In this document: in pieces, positions 44,440 to 52,304 of the stretch
Layout: each line of letters begins with the position of its first letter
Position numbering within the stretch: position 1 is the first letter of the stretch
Assembly (NCBI GenBank): GCA_046296515.1
Contig: JBKBKR010000001.1
Coordinates: 630,874 to 694,873 of the forward strand
DNA: 64,000 bases
Source: Paracoccaceae bacterium
Lineage (GTDB): Bacteria; Pseudomonadota; Alphaproteobacteria; Rhodobacterales; Rhodobacteraceae
Direction: 5' to 3'
Notes under the pieces: generated by a model
Told to the model about the DNA's origin: nothing
Databases searched by the model: none
What the model saw: only the letters and a program-made list of their open reading frames with translations
Made by a program: the position numbers and the translations under genes

Positions 44440-46605
44440 ATGGGCCGCAGCATTGTCGAGATGCCACGGCCCTTAAAACTTGGTGATGAAGTGAATCATA
44501 GTCCAAACGCGGCCCGCGTTCAAGGGGCGAAAACCTGTCTTGCTGTTCTGCTTGGCGATAATCCGGTAGAGTTTCCGAGGTCAAAGCAAGCGCTGGCGCT
44601 ACAGGTTTCACGGCAAGGCATCCCAGTCTTCCCAGTCCACTTCCGTCCTATGAAAAACAATCCTGCGAAGCTTGAAAAGGTTCCGGCTATCAAAGGTTGG
44701 AAGGACGGCGCCGCATCAATCTTGGAAGCGCAAATTCTGGCGTGGTGGCAACAGTGGCCCAACGCCGAAGTAGGCTTTCCGACAGGCGCGATTACTGGAA
44801 TTGCCGTTCTAGACTTGGACATGAAGGACGGCAAAGACGGCATCGCGGCATGTAGCGCCCGCGGTGTTGATCCCGACTCCGCGTCACCAATGATCGGCCA
44901 AACCCGCACGGGCGGGCGTCATCTCTACTTTCGACACAAGGAGGGATTGCGATGCAACACTGACCCGGAGTCCGGTATCGATGTGCGGGCGGATGACGGT
45001 TACGCTGTTATCTATGAGCCACTGCATCACCTGGACGTGCTGCCGGAATGGCCTGCTGCCTTTGTGCCCGCCCCGCGCCCACCGATAGAACAGCGCCCGC
45101 CCGAAGATATGTCAGAAGATGACTGGGCCGAGGTCGAAAGAGCCCTGACCTTCGCCCCTGCCGACTGTCCCCGCGATGACTGGCGGAATGTAGGCATGGC
45201 GTTGCATCATGCCGGCGCCGGTTCGGATGAGGCTTTTGCGATCTGGGCTGCCTGGTCGCGCACCGCGCTTCCGATCAATGTGGCGGGTGATCGTGAACTT
45301 GTGTCACAGTGGCGCAGCTTTGGTCGAAAGCAGATTGCCTCACCTGTGACGCTGGGAACGCTGTTCCACTTGGCTGAAGATAACGGCTATGAGCGCCCCC
45401 GGCTTGAAATCAGTCCAGATGACTTTGACGACCTGCCGCCCGCAATACCGATCACCGATCTTTCCGCCCTACTAGGTGTCACCCCGGCCGTTGCCAAACC
45501 TTCGCGGCTTACCTTCCTGTCACCTGCCAATTGCAAGGCCGCACCTTCCCGCGGCTATCTGATCAAGGGGCTATTCGCGCCCTACGATGTGGGTTGCATC
45601 TTTGGCGCGCCTGGTGCGGGTAAGTCGCTGTTGGCACCCTTCCTTGGTTATGCTGTTGCTCAGGGTCGGGAAGCGTTCGGGATGCGCACCAAGGCGGGTG
45701 GCGTATTCTATGTTGCTGCCGAAGATCCCATGGGGATGCGGGGGCGCGTGCGGGCTCTGGAAGCTGCACACGGCGATGCCCCTGACTTCAAGCTGGTGGA
45801 AGGCGTCTCTAACCTGCTGATGCAGGACTCGCCCGATCTGGCGGCACTGGTGGAGGCAGTCAAAGCTGAGTGCCCCGCCCTGATCTTTATCGACACCTTG
45901 GCCATGGCCTTTCCTGGGCTGGAGGAAAACGACGCAAAGGCGATGGGCCGCGTTGTGGCCGTCGCACGGCATCTTTCCCGATGGGGCGCAGCGGTCATCC
46001 TGATACACCATGATACCAAGGCAGGAGGGGCAACGCCGAGAGGTCATAGCTTATTAGACGGCGCCCTTGATGTTGCTCTGCATGTGAAGCGGGATGAAGG
46101 CGGAATCATTCGCGGCAAGCTGACCAAGAACCGCAACGGGACATGCGATCGGGACATTGCCTTCTGCATCGCCACGGAAGACGGCGACACCGATGAAGAC
46201 GGGGACGTGATCACCTTGCCGCGCTGCGCCGTGATCATCGGAGGCAAACCTACAAAGATCAGGATGCCAACAGGTCAAGCTGGTGCCGCAATGAACATCT
46301 TGCAAGGTCTCCATAGCAATACCGGGGAAGCGAAAATCCCGAAAGCAGATTGGCGCAAGGCTTGTGCATCATCGGATGCCGTCTGCAGTAAAGATGACGA
46401 TGCGCGGAAAAAGGCGTTCTACCGCGCGCTAGAGTTGCTTGTGCGAGAGGGGCACGTTCAAAGCGCAGATGGATTCTGCTGGATTACAGACGACTTTGAC
46501 ATGTTTCCGGCCAGTGACGGACAGGGACATTCGGGTGACATGTCACCCGGCGTCACCAAGGACAAGGACACTGTGGCTAGGGACGGACAGGGACACACCC
46601 CTTAG
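44440..46605 (+). CDS. replication protein: bifunctional Prim-Pol + PriCT-like + AAA_25 (RepA/RecA-like) ATPase + C-terminal winged-helix-like region
   Basis: GIPVFPVHF...GFPTGAITGIAVLDLDMKDG...TRTGGRHLYFRH...GIDVRADDGYAVIY (Prim-Pol). DDWRNVGMALHHAG...AIWAAWS...WRSF (PriCT). Walker A GAPGAGKS and Walker B LIFIDTL. The start is uncertain (44440 or 44461). Confidence 0.85.
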   Translation: MGRSIVEMPRPLKLGDEVNHSPNAARVQGAKTCLAVLLGDNPVEFPRSKQALALQVSRQGIPVFPVHFRPMKNNPAKLEKVPAIKGWKDGAASILEAQILAWWQQWPNAEVGFPTGAITGIAVLDLDMKDGKDGIAACSARGVDPDSASPMIGQTRTGGRHLYFRHKEGLRCNTDPESGIDVRADDGYAVIYEPLHHLDVLPEWPAAFVPAPRPPIEQRPPEDMSEDDWAEVERALTFAPADCPRDDWRNVGMALHHAGAGSDEAFAIWAAWSRTALPINVAGDRELVSQWRSFGRKQIASPVTLGTLFHLAEDNGYERPRLEISPDDFDDLPPAIPITDLSALLGVTPAVAKPSRLTFLSPANCKAAPSRGYLIKGLFAPYDVGCIFGAPGAGKSLLAPFLGYAVAQGREAFGMRTKAGGVFYVAAEDPMGMRGRVRALEAAHGDAPDFKLVEGVSNLLMQDSPDLAALVEAVKAECPALIFIDTLAMAFPGLEENDAKAMGRVVAVARHLSRWGAAVILIHHDTKAGGATPRGHSLLDGALDVALHVKRDEGGIIRGKLTKNRNGTCDRDIAFCIATEDGDTDEDGDVITLPRCAVIIGGKPTKIRMPTGQAGAAMNILQGLHSNTGEAKIPKADWRKACASSDAVCSKDDDARKKAFYRALELLVREGHVQSADGFCWITDDFDMFPASDGQGHSGDMSPGVTKDKDTVARDGQGHTP

Positions 46606-46626
46606 AGGGTGTCCCGTGTCCCTGCC
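46516..46626. other. iteron/palindrome cluster at the 3' end of the replicase gene (candidate ori or cos/pac-associated site)
   Basis: Direct repeats GACGGACAGGGACA at 46516-46529 and 46582-46595. An inverted partial copy TGTCCCTGCC lies at 46617-46626. A perfect 16-bp palindrome GGGTGACATGTCACCC lies at 46533-46548. Confidence 0.45.
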
Positions 46627-46653
46627 GCCTGTCGAACGATGAAGGGAAAGAAG

Positions 46654-46812
46654 ATGCAATCAAATCGAACTGCCAAACTCGGATGCGTCACAGCCGATCA
46701 TCGCTTCAGACGCATTTCCGCCGAGGGTCCTACCTGGGGCCGGGCCACCGCGGGGAACTCAGACCGCAAAAGAAAAGGCTCTACAGTGATTCAGATAGAG
46801 GTGTGTCCATGA
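46654..46812 (+). CDS. small basic hypothetical protein (52 aa), possibly coupled to terS
   Basis: AAGGGAAAG RBS before the ATG at 46654. The stop overlaps the terS ATG (ATGA). No similarity was recognised, and it could be non-coding. Confidence 0.3.
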   Translation: MQSNRTAKLGCVTADHRFRRISAEGPTWGRATAGNSDRKRKGSTVIQIEVCP

Positions 46813-47342
46813 TCGACTGCAATCCATCTTCGGGCACTAATCTTGCGTTATTGCTGGGCGACGATGCCACGCCGCCTGCCGTCTCGCCACAAGCACCTAT
46901 TCCCGCCACGCTCGGCGAGGCTGAGGTATCCCGGCTTCTGGGCATCGGCGCTTCACGCCTTCGTACCCTGGCGCGCGATGGAGTGGCCGTGCGGGTTGGC
47001 AACGGTACCTATGACGTGCGCGCGACCCTGGCGCGCTATCTGGAGCAATTGCGCACCCATGCCGCCCGCGCCGGCAGAGCGCCCGAGGGGGGCGACGAAT
47101 ATAAGGCAGAGCGGGTCCTATTGGTCGCAGCGCAGCGTGAAGCGCAGGAAATGAAGAACGCTGTGATGCGCGGCGACCTGGTATCCGCTGAAGACGTAAC
47201 GCAAGGCTGGGCTTCAATCCTTACCGATGTTCGGGCTGGCGTGTTGGCAGTTCCCGCACGGCTTGCTGACCTGACCCCGGATCAGCGCGGCAAGCTGGAT
47301 GCCGAAATCAGACTCGCACTCGAAAGGCTTTCGCATGGCTGA
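46809..47342 (+). CDS. terminase small subunit (Nu1-like)
   Basis: N-terminal HTH-like EAEVSRLLGIGASRLRTLARDGVAV...GTYDVRATLARYLEQLR, then KAERVLLVAAQREAQEMKNAVMRGDLV, typical of Nu1-type small terminases. It overlaps terL by 8 nt. Confidence 0.75.
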   Translation: MIDCNPSSGTNLALLLGDDATPPAVSPQAPIPATLGEAEVSRLLGIGASRLRTLARDGVAVRVGNGTYDVRATLARYLEQLRTHAARAGRAPEGGDEYKAERVLLVAAQREAQEMKNAVMRGDLVSAEDVTQGWASILTDVRAGVLAVPARLADLTPDQRGKLDAEIRLALERLSHG

Positions 47343-49107
47343 CCTGATGGAACTTCGCAGCGCGGCATTGGCAGCTTTACGGCCACCGCCCCGGATGCGC
47401 CTCTCGGAATGGGTAAATCAGGAAATGCGCCTGCCGGCTGGCGTCAGTGCCACGCCTGGCCCGGTGCGCTTGTGGAAGCCGCAGATCGGCATTGCTGATG
47501 CGATCGGAGATCCAGCCTATCAGCGCGTCAGTGTGGTCAAGGGCGTCAGAGCTGGCTATTCAACCTTGCTGGTCGCGGCTATTGCCAACTTCGCCAAGAA
47601 CGACCCCTGCCCGGTCATAGCTCTATTACCGACTGAGAATGACTGCCGGAATTTTGTGGTCCGTACCCTGGAGCCGATCGCAGAGGTGACGCCTGCGCTT
47701 TCGGGTCTGTTTCGTGATGATTTAATTGCCGGAAGAAATACGATCCTGCAAAAGCGCTATCCGGGCGGCAGTTTTTTATGCACTCCGGCGAGATCACCGG
47801 GCAATTTAAGGGCTCACACTGCCAAGGTGCTGATCATTGACGAATGCGATTCGATGGAAATAACCGCCGAAGGTTCACCAATATTGCTTGCGGAGAAAAG
47901 GACTCTTTCATACTCGGATAGAAAAATCGTAATCGGCAGCACCCCTACTACATCTGAAACTTCGCTTGTAATGCGGGCCTTCGCTCAATCTGACCAGCGC
48001 ATCTTTGAAGTGCCTTGTCCAGAGTGCGGCGACCGGCACGAAATCGTCTGGAAAGACATTCGTTGGCCGGAGGGTAAACCAAATGAGGCAGCGTGGTGCT
48101 GTCCGTCATGCGGATCTGTCGTGCCCGAGACCAAGAAATCCGCCATGGTCGAAGCTGGCGAGTGGCGCATCACGAAGCCGAAAGTTCGCGGCCACGCCGG
48201 ATTTAGGTTCAATGCGCTGGTGTCGCTGATGGTAAACGCGGCTTGGGGCAACCTTGCGACGGAATTCTTAGCTGCGAAGCAAAACCCAGATGACCTACGC
48301 GTGTTCTGCAACACGATCCTTGCAGAGACCTGGGACGATAGCGCGGGCGATCTGCTGGACGAAGACGGGTTGCGCGGCAGAGCTGAACCTTTTGGACTAT
48401 CCGCCATTCCTGAAGCTGTCCGGGTGCTGACGATCGGAATCGACATGCAAGACGATCGGGCCGAATGGGTTGCCGTAGGGCATGGCGAGTCCGAGATCTT
48501 CATTTTGGGTAGCGGCGTGATCTGGGGCAGGTATGATTCCGGCGATCTATGGCTTGAAGTTGATGACCTGTTAAGGATGCGCTGGCAGCACCCTTCTGGC
48601 GGCACTATCGGAGTCGATGCTGCGCTTCTGGACAGTTCGGACGGCGACCATCAACCGGCAGTCTATGCGTTCTGCAGCCCGCGGTTCGGGCGGCGGGTGG
48701 CACCATCAAAAGGCATGGCAGGTTTTTCGCGCCCGCCCCTGCAACGATCGACGGCAAAGGGTATCAGCCTGTTCATTGTGGGAGTCGATGCGGTCAAGAA
48801 CCGGCTGTTCAACCAGTTGGGCGATAGCAACGGCATTCGCTTCAGTGCAGATCTTGAGGCCCGGTTCTTTGAAGAATTGACCAGTGAGCGGCGCATTGTG
48901 CGATACTCACGCGGGATGCCGATTCGAGCGTTTGAACGGATTCCCGGCCGAAGGGCTGAAGGTCTTGATGCTACGGTTTACGCCATCGCAGCGCGAAATC
49001 TTGTCAATGTGTCGTTGGAACGGCGGGGCGAAGAACTCAAAAGTGCAGCGGCACCAAAGGCACCGCCGCGTGTGATCAAGAGCCGTTGGCTTTCTGGGGA
49101 GAAATAG
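47335..49107 (+). CDS. terminase large subunit (lambda GpA family)
   Basis: RLSEWVNQEMRLP...VSVVKGVRAGYSTLL (Walker-A-like), and a Zn ribbon CPECGDRHEIVWKDIRW...WCCPSCGSVV characteristic of GpA-type terminases. Confidence 0.88.
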   Translation: MADLMELRSAALAALRPPPRMRLSEWVNQEMRLPAGVSATPGPVRLWKPQIGIADAIGDPAYQRVSVVKGVRAGYSTLLVAAIANFAKNDPCPVIALLPTENDCRNFVVRTLEPIAEVTPALSGLFRDDLIAGRNTILQKRYPGGSFLCTPARSPGNLRAHTAKVLIIDECDSMEITAEGSPILLAEKRTLSYSDRKIVIGSTPTTSETSLVMRAFAQSDQRIFEVPCPECGDRHEIVWKDIRWPEGKPNEAAWCCPSCGSVVPETKKSAMVEAGEWRITKPKVRGHAGFRFNALVSLMVNAAWGNLATEFLAAKQNPDDLRVFCNTILAETWDDSAGDLLDEDGLRGRAEPFGLSAIPEAVRVLTIGIDMQDDRAEWVAVGHGESEIFILGSGVIWGRYDSGDLWLEVDDLLRMRWQHPSGGTIGVDAALLDSSDGDHQPAVYAFCSPRFGRRVAPSKGMAGFSRPPLQRSTAKGISLFIVGVDAVKNRLFNQLGDSNGIRFSADLEARFFEELTSERRIVRYSRGMPIRAFERIPGRRAEGLDATVYAIAARNLVNVSLERRGEELKSAAAPKAPPRVIKSRWLSGEK

Positions 49108-49111
49108 AGCG

Positions 49112-49438
49112 ATGTTCAGGAATACTTTGTGCTCTATTGTGCTGTTAGTTCCCACCTGTGCAAGCGCCGAAGTCTCTGGAGTAAATGAAAACCTGACTGA
49201 CAAACTTTGCCAAAATGTTGGTGACATGACTGTAGTCATTTATGCGATGCGAAGGGAGAGCGTGCCGCTGTCTTTTTTCATGGCAAGGGAGAGCAATACG
49301 GCACTGAGGGAAATAATTAAGAATGTATATAAAGCGCCAATTGCACATACTGATGAGATGGCGAACATCATCAGCGCCAGCTTGCGTACCGATTCTGAGA
49401 TGATGTGTTATGAGAGCCCCGATTTGTTCTTGAATTGA
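49112..49438 (+). CDS. hypothetical secreted protein (low-GC cargo gene)
   Basis: Signal peptide MFRNTLCSIVLLVPTCASA. Markedly AT-rich codons compared with the rest of the window. No recognisable domain. Confidence 0.55.
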   Translation: MFRNTLCSIVLLVPTCASAEVSGVNENLTDKLCQNVGDMTVVIYAMRRESVPLSFFMARESNTALREIIKNVYKAPIAHTDEMANIISASLRTDSEMMCYESPDLFLN

Positions 49439-49457
49439 TGTTCGTCTGTAGAATTGC

Positions 49458-49634
49458 TCATTCGACCACCTCCCCACCGATCGCGTAGAGGAAGCCGACA
49501 CCAAAGCCGGTTTCATCCTTTGCAGCTTCGCGGATAGCCCGCACCAGCGCAGGCAGGTTGCCTGTTGTCTGCGCTATCCGCATTGCATGGGCTGCGCAAT
49601 CGCGGCCGTAATCGCATTGAGTCTGATATTCCAT
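49458..49634 (-). CDS. hypothetical protein (58 aa)
   Basis: MEYQTQCDYGRDCAAHAMRIAQTTGNLPALVRAIREAAKDETGFGVGFLYAIGGEVVE. GAAGGA RBS. The ORF-track start at 49688 is TTG. Confidence 0.45.
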   Translation of the reverse strand: MEYQTQCDYGRDCAAHAMRIAQTTGNLPALVRAIREAAKDETGFGVGFLYAIGGEVVE

Positions 49635-49723
49635 CTTCCTGATTCCTTCTGTTCCGGGAATCAAAGGATCACACAAAATATCCAGCAATCATAGGAACTT
49701 ATGCCGTGAAAATGTCAAAGTAA

Positions 49724-49740
49724 AACGTGAATCTCACGTT
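49724..49740. promoter_or_regulatory. perfect palindrome AACGTGA-ATC-TCACGTT between two minus-strand cargo ORFs
   Basis: 7-bp arms with a 3-bp spacer, flanked by GTGAAA motifs that also occur in the int-rep intergenic operator-like region. Confidence 0.4.
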
Positions 49741-49751
49741 AAAAGTGAAAG

Positions 49752-50063
49752 TCAGCGCCCCGACCGCATCGGCGCAATCATCGCCACATTGCCGGCCTGC
49801 AGCGCCCGAGCTGCAATTGCGATGACTTGGGCGGCAGCGTCCTGGGTTGCATCGGTCACGTCGCTGGAAAGCGACCAAAATGGAATCTTGTAATAATCAG
49901 CACCCCGGCGCGCTATCGCCACGCAAAGATTTGCGTCCTTTGGCCCTGCTTTAGCAAGTGTCACCCGTTCTTCAAGAGTTGCAGGCCGCAACCAGAAGTG
50001 CCGATCTGGAAATCTTGTGCTGTATCGGCGGTCGATGTTCGCAGAAGCGTCAAGGTTGATCAT
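49752..50063 (-). CDS. hypothetical protein (103 aa)
   Basis: The ATG at 50063 has a GGAG RBS. MINLDASANIDRRYSTRFPDRHFWLRPATLEERV... with no recognised domain. Confidence 0.45.
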   Translation of the reverse strand: MINLDASANIDRRYSTRFPDRHFWLRPATLEERVTLAKAGPKDANLCVAIARRGADYYKIPFWSLSSDVTDATQDAAAQVIAIAARALQAGNVAMIAPMRSGR

Positions 50064-50234
50064 GTCGACTCCGTGGAAAGGTGGGCGGAGTCTGGGGAGG
50101 AGCCTTTCGCCGCGCCTTTTCGTTTGATGATGCAGCGGGGCAATCGAAACTGCCCCGCCACTTGGCAACCATCACCCCTCCAAGGGTCCGTTGAACCTGC
50201 CGCAGAATCGGTCTAGTGTCAACAGCTAGGGTTA

Positions 50235-50252
50235 TTGACTCTAGTTAGTCAA
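50235..50252. promoter_or_regulatory. inverted repeat TTGACT-N6-AGTCAA in the divergent promoter region of the cargo ORFs
   Basis: It lies between minus-strand ORF 49752-50063 and plus-strand ORF 50291-50920. TTGACA at 50260-50265 is nearby. Confidence 0.35.
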
Positions 50253-50290
50253 TCTGGCATTGACAGCTGAACTTCACCCGAGGGGCCGCT

Positions 50291-50920
50291 ATGACCGATG
50301 AACAGCCGCAGATCCCACTTTTTGCCTATCCGCCAATCGGGCCGCGCCTGACCATCAAGGATATCTCGAATGCAATCGCTGCAGGTGGCGTGCCCTATCC
50401 CACTGCCAATGCGAGGGCGAAGATCTACGCCAAGCCCAAGGAAGACGGATCGACCCTGATCTATGTTCGGGAAACCGGACGCGCGACACAGCCCAACATC
50501 TATGAATTTTCCGACGCCGGGGCCGCTGTCGTGCTGTCGGCACTGCAGGACGCAGGCATTCAGGATCACGAGGTTCTTCGGGCGGCTTCAATGTCGCTCT
50601 ACGGCTGGTCTGCCAAGGGCGATCTTCGCGACGGCAAATACGTCGAGCCGGGGCAGGTCCACAAGCCGCGCCACCCGATCGACCGCGCTGTCATCGGTGT
50701 CGGCTTCAAGGGTGAGTCGTGGCAGTTCCTTGTGAACATCTGGCGCGATGCGCAGACCGGGGAACGCATCGTTGATTGTGATCTGGTGCAGTTCGGTGAT
50801 CCGTTTATTGGTCACCAGAATGTGCCCACCACAGCGATCGCGCAGGTCGGAATCGTCGTGATGCTCGACTCGGCTCTATTTCCGGTTGCGCGCCGCTTGC
50901 TGCCTGAGACAAGGAACTGA
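50291..50920 (+). CDS. hypothetical protein (209 aa)
   Basis: GAGGGG RBS. No recognised domain. It ends 4 bp before the portal TTG start. Confidence 0.55.
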   Translation: MTDEQPQIPLFAYPPIGPRLTIKDISNAIAAGGVPYPTANARAKIYAKPKEDGSTLIYVRETGRATQPNIYEFSDAGAAVVLSALQDAGIQDHEVLRAASMSLYGWSAKGDLRDGKYVEPGQVHKPRHPIDRAVIGVGFKGESWQFLVNIWRDAQTGERIVDCDLVQFGDPFIGHQNVPTTAIAQVGIVVMLDSALFPVARRLLPETRN

Positions 50921-50924
50921 AGCC

Positions 50925-52304
50925 TTGGGCATCCTTTCGCGACTGTTCACCCGCCCTGCCGCCCCGCCCCAAGTGCGCCGCTTTGACGGTGCAGCCGGTG
51001 GCCGTCGCGGTTTTGGAATGGGGAGCTTTGGACGTGTCGGCACGGAAACCATGCTGGCAGGCCCGACGCTGCGCAAGCGTGCCCGATATGCCGCTGCAAA
51101 CAACGCCTGGATTGCAAATGCAGTCGGCAACTGGACCGGGGCGCTTGTCGGTTCTGGCATCGTGCCGACTGCCGACGCCGCTGCAGTCAAGTCGTTCAAC
51201 CTCTGGGCTGAAACTGCCGACGCCGATGGGCGCACCGATCTTTGGGGACTGCAGGCTGAGATTGCGCGCGGGCTGGTGATCGATGGTGAAGCCTTCGCGC
51301 AAATCGTCGACTCTGATGACGGGCCACGCCTGCGCCTGATCCCGCCCGAACTGGTGGATGAGTCCATGACCCGCGATTTGGGCGACGGGCGGTTCATAGT
51401 GTCGGGTGTAGAATTCAACGCCGATGGCACCCGCGCCGCATACCATATTTTACCGGCCCGTCCTACCGACCTATTCGCCACAACCGGAACGCCGGTGCGC
51501 ATCGCGGCAGATGAGATCCTGCACGTCTTCAAACCGCTTGGCGCTGGTCAGGTCCGGGGTGTGAGCTGGCTAGCCCCGATCATTCTGCCCGCGAATGAGT
51601 TGGACCAGCTACAGGACGCTTGGGCCGTTGGCGCGAAGGTCGCAGCCATGCTGTGCGGCTTTGTGGTGAACCAGAACGCCACAGGTGGCGATGATCCATT
51701 TGAGGGGCAAGACCTGCCGAGCCTTGAACCTGGCACCCTGCAGCGACTGGCGGGCGGCTGGGATGTGCGATTTACTGCCCCGGCTCAGGTGTCGCAGGTT
51801 GACCCGCTTTTGAAGCTGGGCTTGCGGCAAATGGCTGCTGGCATGGGGATGCCCGAATACATGCTCTCTGGGGACTTAAGCGATGCCAACTATTCCAGCT
51901 TGCGCGCCGGCTTGCTGCCCTTCAGGCAACGTGTGGAGCAAGTGCAGTATCACTGCCTTGTGCCGCAACTGCTGAATCCGGTCTGGCGCATCGTGACCCG
52001 CTGGGCCGCTGCTGTCGGTGATCTTGCCGAATTCGAGTCCGACCCGCGCCGCTTCCTATCCTGCGAATGGCTGCCACCCCGCCCGCTACAGGTCGATCCT
52101 CTCAAAGATGTTCAAGCGACTGTCGCGGAATTGGAAGCGGGACTCACATCTCGCAAAAAGGCTGTTGCAGAACGTGGCTGGGCTCTGGCCGATCTTGATG
52201 CCGAAATCGCATCCGATGCTTTCCAGCGGCGCCCGGCCTCACCTGTCACCGATGACGCGGATGATGGGGAAGACTCCAAAGAACAAAAGGGAATCCAATC
52301 GTGA
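50925..52304 (+). CDS. phage portal protein, lambda family
   Basis: LGILSRLF...RRFDGAAGGRR...LRKRARYAAANNAWIANAV...DGRTDLWGLQAEIARGLVIDGEAF is typical of lambda gpB-type portals. TTG start at 50925 with an AAGGAA RBS. The ORF track starts at TTG 50886. Confidence 0.85.
   Translation: MGILSRLFTRPAAPPQVRRFDGAAGGRRGFGMGSFGRVGTETMLAGPTLRKRARYAAANNAWIANAVGNWTGALVGSGIVPTADAAAVKSFNLWAETADADGRTDLWGLQAEIARGLVIDGEAFAQIVDSDDGPRLRLIPPELVDESMTRDLGDGRFIVSGVEFNADGTRAAYHILPARPTDLFATTGTPVRIAADEILHVFKPLGAGQVRGVSWLAPIILPANELDQLQDAWAVGAKVAAMLCGFVVNQNATGGDDPFEGQDLPSLEPGTLQRLAGGWDVRFTAPAQVSQVDPLLKLGLRQMAAGMGMPEYMLSGDLSDANYSSLRAGLLPFRQRVEQVQYHCLVPQLLNPVWRIVTRWAAAVGDLAEFESDPRRFLSCEWLPPRPLQVDPLKDVQATVAELEAGLTSRKKAVAERGWALADLDAEIASDAFQRRPASPVTDDADDGEDSKEQKGIQS

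Noticed and set aside
44414-44611. 65-aa minus-strand ORF in the int-rep intergenic region and rep 5' end. I considered it as a possible excisionase or regulator.
   Set aside because: It has no HTH-like pattern, overlaps the replicase 5' coding region in antisense, and has no RBS. No AlpA/Xis-like ORF could be supported anywhere in 44303-44640.
49635-49723. Sigma70-like promoter (TTGACA ... TATGAT) on the minus strand upstream of ORF 49458-49634
   Set aside because: By my count the spacer between the hexamers is 19 nt, outside the usual 16-18 nt. It was not reported as a feature, although the adjacent palindrome is.
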